From Anthoceros angustus (lineage: Eukaryota; Plantae; Anthocerotophyta), in contig VJWM01000135.1 in NCBI GenBank assembly GCA_010909165.1, positions 186,001-250,000 of the forward strand: 64,000 nt of DNA, written 5' to 3'. The position numbers were made by a program, and so were the translations under genes. The stretch's first letter is position 1; each line of letters opens with the position of its first letter. Shown here piece after piece: positions 1 to 11,757 of this stretch. A model generated the notes under the pieces. That model was given only the letters and a program-made list of their open reading frames with translations. It searched no databases and had not been told where the DNA came from.

Positions 1-3000
1 AGCACCTTGAATATCCCCTGCATACAGATTTCACCTCAGAGAACCTGGCAGATCTATCTCCTCTATTTCACCCAATACAGATTGGAGCAACAGTAAAGCC
101 CATCTAAGTGAGATTCTGTAAAAGAGTTACCTTGATGCTTCGTCCATTCAGACATAACAAACGCCAGTGAATTGTCAAAGCCTTTAGCAGGAACACTGAC
201 AAGCAAGTCGATAAATTGCTCCACATTTGGTGCACTCATATGTATCTGCTTCCATGTGACAAGTGTGAACATGAGCCTGCCAACAGATTGAACTAGATGG
301 CACTGTGTAGCCTTGTCCCCAAGCAGAATTAATGCTTCTCTCTCGCACGTTGGGGCTTACCAGCCTGGCAAATACTAACAGCAATGAGCTCTTCAGGCCC
401 ACGAGTTGAGCAGTCTCCATACGTGCTACAAGAGCGGAGATCAGCTCCCGAACATGAGGCGCCATTTGAGCAGAGAGGTGCTGTACAAGGGACGTTACCA
501 AACTTCCAACAAAAAGCGATGCTGAGTTCTCCATCTCTGGATTCAGTAACCTGTCAACCCCACCAAACTTTGAGATTACTAGTAGGTGTCATAGTATCAC
601 TCCGACACCGGCAGGAACATATGTAAAGCACAGACACCTAGCAGCGGCATCCAAAAGAAGCCTCATGGACCGATCAGCATCCCCACTCCAACCCAGCAAA
701 GCTTCTCTGCCACCATTGATGAACGCAGCAAGACACTCCGTGGCATTCTGCAGAAATTCCCTGAAATCCCATTAGTCATCAAAAGTTGCCTGCTAGCTCA
801 GCACGCTTTCCCATCCAAGCAAGTCATCATCACATGCTTAGCCCCTGCAAGTAGATAAAAATGTACTATCATCCATGATCTTTATGAGAAACAAAGAAGC
901 TGAAGCTCATTACCTGTATCACTGAATGGTCATCGCTAACCACAACAAGATTGCAGATAGCAGGAAATGTTGCATCATGCACAGCCCGGATGATCTCAAG
1001 TGGTGCATCCTGCAGCGAAACGATCATGCATACTTACACGTCTGAGCTTTTGACATGATCCCTTCGGATCATTTCCCACAATGACCAGCTGTCTACACAG
1101 AGAGAACCATCTGAAGCACCCTGCCTAACAGTGGAGTGCTGGGTGCAGAGTCAAGAAACAAGGCACGGCTGTTCATACCTTCAAAAGCATTGTTATCAAG
1201 TCCAATGCTCCTGCTACCAAGCCTTCGGATGAAGGTCGGGGCTGTCCCGGAATTCAAACACAAGGTGAGTAAATACTACAACCACAGCACAATATGGGGG
1301 CAGACCATGGCATGGAAGCAGGAAGAGAATGGGAAGCAACCCACATTGGCCAGAACGGGAGACAGGACAAGCAATGCACGATGTGTCAGAGGCTCCCGAC
1401 ATCCAGGAACTTGACTAATACCCTGAATTCACAACAATGAACTTCAGTCTGTCTTCAAATGATTAAGCAATACGCTGAGAAGACATTTCAATGGCCAGAC
1501 GACCTCAAGTATCTCCAATGCATCAATAGAAATCACTGGATCTTGAACATTTTGTGCCCAAATATTGAGAACCAAAGGTGAAATTATGGATTCCACAGCT
1601 GCTGTTGCCTGCTCATCTGCATAGGTTTTCATGGACAAGTGCTACAATTCAGCTGAAGTCAAACAAAGATTGTCATGAAAGCCTGTTGTGAACAGAGTAA
1701 CAACACACCTACACTCACAGCACACTGTAAGGTCTCCAGCACCAAGTGCAGAGTTTCATCTGATGCCTGCGCGGCACAGACACGATCAGCATAGTCATGT
1801 GCTAAACACGATGCGCGATCCAAATTGCCTAGGAAGTGGAGATCCTATCTCTTATACCAACTTGTACATCACCCTGCTCTATATATAACCTAGCCAGAAG
1901 AGACAGACGTACGTAGCTGCAGTGTTCCTGTCGTAGAAGACAAAAAGCTTAAAGATAGGCTGACTGACCTGTTGCAAAAGTTTTCCAAGAGCATTGAACA
2001 CACTCCCCAATTGTGGTCTTAGGAATGCCAACTCAACTCGAGGAAACAATTCTGCTAGAGCTCGACAGGAACCCACCTTGATAGGTGCTGGTCTGCAGGT
2101 ATGACCATGGTCAAGCCGTTTAGCATTGTAAAGACTGATGAGCAAAAAGCATTCAACGCACAAAAACTTACGCTTCAGAGTTTAAACCCTCCATAGCAGA
2201 GAACAGAAACTGTTGAGACCTCTCCACCTTTATCTGTTAGTGAAATTTGGTGAAGATTTGCTGGGGCAGGGTTGAACTCAAACTGCTTCATTGCACATTG
2301 TCTGGAAATCTGTGAGGGAAAACACTTACAAGAGACGCAAATTTTGCGGCTGCCCATAATCCTCGGCCACGAAGAAAGGGGCACTGTGCCATACCTGCAA
2401 AGACGAGGGAGAACATGGCTGTTAGTTGGATCAACATTTACCAGCAATCCGTCACTAGCACGCATCGTGGTCCTATCAATTACATCAATCATTGTAACTC
2501 CAGTTCCAAAGAAGTTGACAACACGACATGTACCCTCCAAACGTGAGTGTTACAGAGTTACAGAGGGTTGAATGTTCAGACGAACCTGCACCTCCTAAGT
2601 CCTCAATGAGAACACTTTCGAGAAATGCTTCCAACTGCAATTCACCAGATCCTGCCTCTTCCTGGACGAACAATGACAAGTTGTCAGCTCCAACAGTGAT
2701 GTAGTTCAACACCGGCCTCCAAAAAAGATATAAGAATCCTTGTGTTCATGCTAAGAATCTACCTGTGCTTCAAGGAGGGCATCTGCAACGCTTCCAAAAG
2801 CCAAAATTGACGCCTCCCTCAACTGTTTCATAAAAATTGATATAAAAAATGGCACACAAGAGGCTGTGAACAAGCTGGCCAGTTGACCTGACTTTGGATC
2901 TGCGTCAGAAGATACTTCACACACCACAAGTGCCCCAAACGCAGGCCCACCAAAATGGTAAAAAAACGACAGGTCTTGAGCACACCTTCCACCAAGCTGT

Positions 3001-5864
3001 CTGCCCCAAAGCCTTAGCTTTGCTAGATTCCTCAAGCCGTTGTTTAACAACATCAGAAATTGATTGTAAAGCTTTCTCACCAAAGGCTTGTACTAGCTCC
3101 TCCAGCAGCAAAATCCCTGATCCATCCTTGCACAGTTGCAAAGTCAGTCAAAACCAACTTTAGTACATCAGTACTGAAACGCATTATGCAGAAGGGCGTG
3201 ACTGTTTAACCTGAAACTCTGCAGCTGTACGTCACATCATCTTCATCTGCCACATACTGATTTGGGTCCGTGGACCAGGTTTGCACCTGCAACCAAAGCA
3301 TCAGGTCAGTTTCTTCCAAGACAGTGAAACAGAACAACAGCAGTGCACAGCTAGGTCTCCAAATGCAATGAGGTGACCACACAGCCCTTGGCCTGATAAT
3401 AGGTGTACTTCCAAGACCAGGCAGATAAAAAATGCCAAGAACTTGCAAAACCTTGCCTGATCCTCAGTCATTTGCATATACCCAATTGTATAGTAAACGA
3501 GGTTGGCAATGTGCTCATATACCACCTGCAACAACAGAATTCTGTCTATGAAACTGTGAATTGCAGGTTATGAAGCGACAGAAAGCAGCCAATGGATCAT
3601 GAAATAAGCCTGAAAATGCCAAATGTCAAATGTGACCCATACCCTGCTAAAACGAGGGCTCCCAACCAAGGCCAGGAGAAACTCAAAAAGCTACATCCAA
3701 GATCAAAAGTCATTTAGACACCAAAGCGTCAAAATCGTGAGGTACAGATGAAATTGAGAGATGCAAAACAGGTATTGTGTGTCCTATCGCCAAAACACGG
3801 CTCCAATCACCTGGATTATTAGAGTCTCTAAGCTCTGATCACTGCCATCTGAATCAGCATCATCTGCAAATGACTCTCTCGCTTGGTGAATGCAGGCTAT
3901 CTCGTAGACCTGAAGGCCCGACACAACAGTCTGCCACAAAGGTCCAAGCACCACTGGACATCACCAGCACACTACATTTAGCCATGTTCCAAGTAATCAG
4001 TTGCATTCATATGTCAACCAATGCACTAGCTTTTACCTGGCAGCTCTGCCGCTGCTAATCTTGGGAAATTGTGCACAATGTGGAGCAGACACTTCAGAGT
4101 CTGCAAAAGAGAGATGCTTTGTTTTAGACGACTGCATACCATTTGAGCAACTGTCGATGCAAGACAGACATTAAAGACATAAAGTACAACTTCACCTCGA
4201 CTCTCAGACACCAATCTTTAGGATCTTCTAGCGGAACCGGTGGAGAGAGGATGAGAGCAAATTGTTCCATCCAAGACTTGAGCATGGGTGCCATTAAATT
4301 CCTCGTTTCTAACTGCAGGACATCAGACATCCTTAAGAGATCCCCAAGCTGCTTTCAACAACTGGATATAGATAACAAGGAAATAAGAATGTGAGATAGC
4401 TAGCAGAGCCCAAGACCTGAGCTTGGAAAGGAAACCAAAACAGACAAACCCCACTAGTGAAAACTCACGATATAAGCCCCACTCATCACCCCAAGAGTAG
4501 CTATGCAGCTGTGAAGGACTATGAGAGCTCGGCGCGTCATCCCAGAGTCATATTCCTGAAGATGTCGAACAAAGATTGTGTCACGTACTTGTCAAATTTC
4601 TAGGGCCTATCCAAAAACAGAGAGAAGACAAAGAAACTCACTTTCGAAGATATTATGTCATAGAGGACAGGAAAGAGAACGGGTACAAGGGAAGGCACTT
4701 GTGAGTCATCCAAATCACAGGCGAATAGAGAAAGACACCTCAGTGCTCCATGGACTGCACAACATGAACACCGGTGCACACTTTGACCAAAGTTTGAAAG
4801 CAATACAATCAAGAACTACAATTTGAACAACTGTAGAAATACAGGAGTTGCCTTGACCACGGCCTGCAAACTTGCATATGAGTGCATTTGCATGTGATCA
4901 AAAGACCCCTGTTTCTGACACACCTCTGTTCTGATCACCTTTGGCACTGATAAACGCCACAAGGTAATGCATAAGATCAGGCCATTCCTCTGGCCAGTCA
5001 TGGACTGCAATAGCAGCAATTGCCATCCCAACTGCGGTTCGTATTTTCCCGGTTGGATCTTCTAAAGCTGGTGGCAGAAGACTACGAATGGCTGCCTGCA
5101 ACACCGGATTTGTCATGGGTAGAGCTGCCTGTTACAATGCTCTGAGGGTCGTATACATTGACTGGCAGCAATGGCAGCAACATTCAGTGGCTTCATCTGA
5201 TGGGGAAGTTGACTGGTAGCAATGGCGGCAATGTTCAGTGGCTTCATCTGATGGGAAAGTGAGCGTACCTTATCCTCAGCTGATGCTACAGGTGGCACAT
5301 AGTTAGTATCATCTTCCTGCCAATGCTGCTTGACGAACTGTTTCAATAGCACTGCAGCTAAGTGGGACAGTTATGGATGCAATGTCATGAAAGTGAGCAC
5401 TCCCTACGGCTTGAAACACTCCCCCAGACAGACATCACATCTGCATCACACAGAAAGACCAACCGGGAACAGCAAGACATAGCACCGTATCTGCGTCTCA
5501 TAAAAGACCTTCTGCCAAGGATATCTGCCTCAGGCCCAATTGTACTTCCTTATTCACAGTGACTTTGGCAAGGGCCACTCCATAACCTGAGACAAAGCCA
5601 AGCAACTCCTCAAAGCCAAGGATAAAAAAGTTACTGTATCACCCTGGACTGTCCGGGGTCCAGGATGATACAGTGAGCAGAAAGCCTAAGAGCCTGTGCT
5701 GTATCTCAGCAGGAGATGATCCACAAGATCACACCTGGCTGCGTCGCTGCTTGCTTCAGCGCTTCCTCAGCAGCCCATCGTGTCTCCAAGCCGGGGTCCA
5801 GGGAGGCACTGAGGCAGTTTATCAGCCACAACTGGCCTTCATCCACATTGACAAGAGTATTCAT
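1..5864 (-). CDS. IPO9: Importin-9 (importin-beta family, HEAT/ARM repeats); multi-exon, 3' end beyond the window start
   Basis: ATG at 5864 gives MNTLVNVDEGQLWLINCLSASLDPGLETRWAAEEALKQAATQPG. Later exons read LLKQFVKQHWQED, KIRTAVGMAIAAIAVHDWPEEWPDL, VHGALRCLSLFACDLDDSQVPSLVPVLFP and HMSAPNVEQFIDLLVSVPAKGFDNSLAFVMSEWTKHQG, all matching plant importin-9. GT-AG introns. Confidence 0.92.
5160..5262. repeat. 51-bp imperfect tandem duplication in an IPO9 intron
   Basis: gactggcagcaatggcagcaacattcagtggcttcatctgatggggaagtt is followed by gactggtagcaatggcggcaatgttcagtggcttcatctgatgggaaagtg. Confidence 0.85.
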
Positions 5865-6737
5865 TGTCCCTCTCTGACTCTCCGCTTCACCCTGTGCAGC
5901 GAGTCAAGGTCCCGCTTCTACAAATTTGAGCTAACATAATCGGCCCCGACACTACGAAGACACCCCTCACCACTCTAGCCTGGGCGGGCGATCAATTTCA
6001 CACCAGCAGCAAATCCTCCTCCTAAAATCACTGTGCACCCAATCCAGCCCAAGACCGACGCAGCTGGATTCCACGAATTACAAGAATCCCCTCAATTCCA
6101 ACGCCTGAGGCGCAGAAGCAATCCTCGTAACGTCCAGAAATTTCCGACCGCTTGCAGCAAGAATTGATCGCCCACGAAGTGACACCGAGCTCCGGCGATC
6201 TTGCATTTAGCGCTCGCCTACGACCACGACTGGATGGCCATCGATGAAGTTGCGAACGCTTAAACCCCAGGCTGGAGCGAGGGAAGAGTGGCGGCGCAAC
6301 TGGCGCATTCCGCCGCCCGCTTGCGCCCGAGGTTGTTACCCGGCGGAACCCGGGCGAGCCTCGCGGGCTGTCCTGCATCCCCTTTCGCCAGACCAGCGTC
6401 CCCGTTTTGCCGCAAGAATTGCGTCTTTTCAGCTTCCGGGGAATGAACCGTTGGGCAGGGACAATGTGAAACACGGGTCCGGTTACCGAAACCCCTGGTT
6501 GCAGCTCCGCAGGCAAGCAACCACGCTATGCGGTGCCAAACGGTGAGAGGATCCGCGTTGGAAAGCGGGCCCGTGTAGAGCTGTCGCCTGGCCTGACGCG
6601 CGTAGCCCGCAGAGATCGAGGCGGGGAACGCTGCGCAGGTTTTCGCGCTGCCGGTGCCGCGATTTCTGAGTCGTGCATGCTAGTGTGATTCAGCTGACAG
6701 TGCTCATCGGCCCGTGGAAGCAGAGGCGGCGAGCAAA

Positions 6738-7966
6738 ATGCAGTGCTTTCGCAACATGTTGCGCGATTTGCAGGTCCTGCGATCCATATGGTTTGCCAAA
6801 ATCGAAGGGGAGTCGCACAAGGAGCGGCTGGAGTCGTTCTACGGGCCTCAAGCGGACGCCTGTGAGTGCCTGCCTGATCACGGCCGCGGCCTGGTGCGAT
6901 TCGCATGATTTTGGCAGGGTTTTGATGGAGTTTTGGATTGCCGTGCAGACGATCACTTCAGGTCTAGGTTTCTCCATGGCAGGACTGGCCTGCTCAAGTC
7001 CTGCGCTCTCCGGTTGCAGGCGCTGGCTGACCGAGGGGGCCTGGTTTGGGTGGACCTCGGCGGCGGCACGGCTGAGAATGTGGAGATGATGGGACGCTAT
7101 TTCGATCTGAACAAGTTCGAGAAGATTTACGTCGTGGACATCTGCGGCCCTCTGTGCGATGTTGCCCGCAGGAAGGCTCAGGTCCGGGGTTGGACCAATG
7201 TGGAGGTTGTGGAGGCGGACGTGTGCTCGTTCGAACCGGAGCTGGGGCCGGCTAAGCTCGTCACTTTCTCCTACTCGCTTTCCAGTTAAGTTGTGATCAC
7301 ATCAGATTCTGTGATGCAAGTCTGTCAATTTGCTTCCTACTCAGTTTCCAGTTATGTTGTCTATGATCAGATTTGCAGAAGCTAGGTCTGCATGTTATGG
7401 AGCTTCGCGAGGAACGTTTCCACCTTGCTTGTCCTCCTTCCTTCCTGCTGACCTGGCCGTTTCTCTGCAGTGATTCCTCCTTTTATGGACGCTGTTGATA
7501 AAGCAGCATCGTACTTGGACCAGGAAGACGGCATCCTTGGAGTTGCAGACTTCTACACTTCGCAGAAGTTCGACTCCGCGGACAGGCAGCACGGCTATCT
7601 CACTCGGTGGTTTTGGAGCACTGTTTTCGACTTGGACGGCATCGACTTAGCTCCTTCTCGGAGGCTTTACCTGGACCATCAGTTTCAGCAAGGCGAGTAA
7701 CTCGAACCTCACTCAACTCCTTCACTCACTCACTCATTTCCTTCCCTTTCTCGGTGGATCGTCTCCATCCACCTGGTCACCTTCCCTGTTGCTCGTGTGC
7801 TTCTGGACTGTGACCCGACCTCATCACCTTCTCCCGCACTGCAGTGTACGAGAGCAACTCTTCCGGCGGCATCCCTTATGTGCCGCTGCTGAAGGTGCCC
7901 TACTACATCTGGCTGGGCAAGAAAAGGTCGGCCACTGTGATGAACGGCAGCGGCAATCATCTGTAG
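6738..7966 (+). CDS. BTA1: Betaine lipid (DGTS) synthase BTA1-like; only the N-terminal BtaB-like SAM methyltransferase domain
   Basis: Exons 6738-6861, 6949-7284, 7471-7692 and 7845-7966 give ...LRSIWFAKIEGESHKERLESFYGPQADAYDHFRSRFLHGR...VWVDLGGGTAENVEMM...VTFSYSLSMIPPF...GVADFYTSQKFD...VYESNSSGGIPYVPLLKVPYYIWLGKKRSATVMNGSGNHL*. This closely parallels the N-terminal half of Chlamydomonas BTA1. Confidence 0.9.
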
Positions 7967-9950
7967 AGGTCAAATCGGCGAGGCAGTGTGCACCACTTCC
8001 GGCCACCCCTCCACTCCACCGCACAGTGCACTGAGATGCGAGGGAGACTGCCACTGCCTAGGCAATCCGACACGATCTGCGGTAACCGGACTCACAGCAG
8101 GCACTCGGACGCAGGTAGCGGGGTAGGCGGCCTGTCGGCGTGGAGAGCGGAGAACCACTTGTTTCTTCACGTCCTGCTGCAGAGGGTTGTTTTACTTTGC
8201 CCCAGCTGCCACAAGAGATGCCGGGAGCAAGGGGAGCAGCAGTGCAGTAAGTAGCCATGCTATGATCCCCCCCGTTGTGCGCACTGCTGTTTATGCGCCT
8301 TCGCTCACGGCGATGGCATGCCGCGTGCAAGAGGGATGGTAGGTGAAGTTTGTAATGGGAATTGGGATTGGGATAGGGATGAGAGTATGTTTTGCATCCG
8401 TAGACTATGTTATGTACATACATATGTTCATGCGCAGTACGGGTGTAACGGTGCAGCACTCGTACCGGTCAACGCCAACAGGATGCCGGGTACCTAAGCG
8501 GCGAAACGGAGAAACGAGAGGCATGCGCGCGAGAGCGAGAGCCAGGGGGGTTGGGAAGCCACTTGTAAAAACGGCGCAGGAGCAGGTTTTGCGGCTCGGG
8601 AGCTCATCCCATGGAATACTGGCGGGCCAATCATGTCCAGGCGAGGTATGCATGGCTGCATTTAACGTTGCTTGGTATATTTTATGAATGAGCAGGTTAG
8701 AATTGGTGACCTGTGATGGTGGTGGGCCCGTGGTGGTGGTGGGGCCTGCAGTGTGCTTGCGCCGGGAAGGGGTTTCGCCCGCCTCGTCGGCAGGAGGAGG
8801 GGAGACGGCGAGTAGATATCGAGGAAGAAGCAGAAGCGGAAGAACGGGAGAGCGGGGACGGAGGCAAGAGAGTCCGGCAGGAAGACGAGCTCGAGGCGTG
8901 ACCAGATCCGATCGGGAAAAGGCGAGGTGGAGCAATCGCGTCGGCTCGGCAGGGGAGGGAGGCGGGAGGGAGGGGTGGAGTGGCCCGGCCTGGCCTGTGA
9001 TTGGGCGGGTGGGCGGTGCGGAATTGCAGTGTGGTGAAGAGGAGCTGGAGCCTGCCAGGTCCTCGGGCCATGGCACATTGGAGCCCCGCGGCAGCTGTAG
9101 CGTCCTATCAGCGCTTCATCGGGCCCTCCTCCGTCTCGCTCTCCGCCTCCCACGTCTCCGGATTCTCGCTCGCCTCCGCGCTCCGCAGCTCGGTGGGCCT
9201 CTTCCCCCAGCCTCGTGTTGAGCCAGCCGCATTTTGGCCTGGAATGCGGGGTGCGGGATGGAGGGAGATGGTGGCGTGTGTGTGGGGTGTGACAATTTTG
9301 CCCATCCCGTGGTTCTTGTCCCTGTGGGTCGGTGGAGTGGGACTGTGGGTTTTGGGGGTTGCTGTCCGTGTTTCGAGACCATTACCTCTGCACTTGTAGG
9401 CTGAGTGAGCCGAGGTGTTGTCGGTAGCAGCGTAACGCCTTGGCTGTTTGAAGAGATTGCGTCTTGGCTATGTCGGTTTGATTTTGTTGTTTGCCTGTCA
9501 TGCCTTTCTTTCTCACCCCGTCCCCTCGTGGGTGAGCCTCTCCCGGCCTATGCTCTTGGTGGGACAGGGGGTCGAAAGAATCCGGCCACAAGTCTATGAT
9601 GATGGCTAGGGTGTTGCAAGGCTGTAGGTGATGTGCGCTGCAGCTCGCAGTTCTGATCCATGGCAATGGCGCTGTTGCTTAATTTCGTTCTTCTCGGGTG
9701 TACAAGATAGGGTTCATCCAGCCAGGATTGTCCCGAATTACGTACCTACCTTGCAGGAGGTTGATGTTGGCTGTTCCGCATTTTTGCAGTTGGTGAGCTT
9801 CACTGCTGCCAGCGTGGTGGCACAACAGGGTTCAATGAACTTTCCACCTGCTCAGGTTCCTGATCAGTAAGCTGTCTGAACTTGGCCCCGTTCCGTTCTT
9901 TGTCCTTCTCTTTATGTTGGCTCTTTTCTAGCTGAAGGGCATGTTGATGC

Positions 9951-10980
9951 ATGGGCGGAGTATCCAATTGGATGAAAGGACTCGGTGGGGGTGCGGCTCG
10001 TAACGTTGCTTATGTAACTTTGTCGTCTTGTTGCCTTGTCAACTTCAGACCTAGCCCATGGAGGTTTGTACGGTGGCGTAAAGCACAGGAAAGGCAAAAA
10101 CCTGTCGCGCCCTCTAAGAAATGTACGTCTGTGCTTTGTTTCCAAAGCCACTGTCTAGAGTCGTGTACTTTCCCTCTCTTCCCCTGCACACATCTCTGTA
10201 TGGAGAAAAAGTTGAGCGTTTGCACGTTGATGGTGGTGTGCAGCTGAACAGAAGCAAGGGAACTTTGTGTACAAAGTCGTCCCTGGTGAAGATCTTGCGG
10301 ATGTTGCGGCTAAGTTCAACACTTATGTTGAGGTCCTCTTGGAGGTATGGCCCACAGTTTGCGTCCTGTGGTGATTCTTACTTCAGCAGAAGGATGCTGA
10401 ACGTCCTGTGTGCATGACTGCAGGCAAACCGTATTCTCAATCCAGAAAATGTTGCGCCTGGCCAGCTTCTTTGGGTTCCTCTGACCTATCAGATTAAATG
10501 GGTAAGTAAGACAGGCCGACTTGCACCGGAATTCTCGTCAAACTGCATCTTGCCTGCAGTGCCCATGGATCTCACATCACCTTCTTCCTTGCAGGGAGAT
10601 ACCCTATGGTCTCTGTCCCGAAGATTTGGAGTACAGATCGAAACAATTCAGGCAGCTAACGGCATCCAAGACAGGAACTTGATATTCGCTGGTAAGGGAG
10701 GGCGCTGTTATCCTAGTCAGTCCATTCAGCATTCTCCTGACTTCGCATGGGTCATCAGCATGCATCCCCCTAGATCATACCCAGAATCTGAAATTTCTCA
10801 TGGCATCTGGTGGCAGGTGACATTATGGTTATCCCAGACGAGCCACTGGCCGCCTATTGATGCCCGGCTCCTCGTCTTGATTCTAACATGATTGCTATTT
10901 GGCTATGGCATCATGTGGCAGGTGATATCATCGTCATCCCAGACGAGGCCCACATTGACGAGGTTGGGATGATCGATTAG
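9951..10980 (+). CDS. Small protein with two LysM motifs; N-terminus uncertain; two alternative terminal exons
   Basis: Exons 10244-10344, 10424-10501 and 10595-10691, then 10817-10860 or 10922-10980, give FVYKVVPGEDLADVAAKFNTYVEVLLE-ANRILNPENVAPGQLLWVP and TYQIKW-GDTLWSLSRRFGVQIETIQAANGIQDRNLIFA-GDI(M/I)VIP. An upstream in-frame exon probably starts at ATG 9951. Confidence 0.8.
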
Positions 10981-11757
10981 AACTACAGACAGGGTGGGGT
11001 ACAAGTTGCTTGCCCTTTGTACATTCCGATCGTGCCACATCCACCGACACCTAGCTACTCCCCAGTTCCCATTCCCCGCAGATTGCAAACCACGTTTTGA
11101 GTGTCCAGCTGCGAACCCCATCGATTCTGGTGTTTGTTGTACATGTTCAATCCTCGTAGTCAGTAATTGGATCCCAGTGAAGTAAGCCTTGACAATATCT
11201 TGTTTGAGTCATTGTTGCAAACAATCCGCGTATTGAATTGTAGCACTCCACTGTCCGCTGTGCCGGATGCCTTTACTGATGTGTAATCCATCCGTGCCAC
11301 GAGGCAAGTGTCCAGTAGACTGTTGGCGCGTTGCCCCTGCGTTTCGTCATGCACACATGGAATCCGGAACCCGAGTTAGGCCAGGTGGTTTTGGGTAGCC
11401 TTTCTTTGACGTCCTTCTCCCGGCGACCTTCCTGTCGAGCTTCCTTCTTGCAGCATGCTGCTCCTTTTTTTTTCTTCTTGGCTTCCAAAATCGAGCGAAC
11501 TGCAATGTGCGAGCTGCTGCTCTCTGACATCTCTGGATCGCTTACGCTGGGGAAGCAACAACTGCAATTTCGCTTGCAGGAGCGAGGGTTTTTCTTGGCT
11601 TTGAAAGGATTTTCGTTTCTGCTTGGAGAGCGTCACATTTCTTGATCAGGGAGTGCGGAATCCGCTGACGGGAGTCAAAATTGCGTGCTGAGGAAACGCG
11701 CGGGAAGAGGAGGAGAGGCTGGAGGAGGCGCAGGTGGTGTAGCATTCGGGAATCAGG

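Noticed and set aside
8226-8290. miR408-like sequence (17/21 match to the miR408 complement) and a 9-bp inverted repeat
   Set aside because: The fold-back has a large asymmetric internal loop and poor pairing. As a target site it has central mismatches. Compatible with chance.
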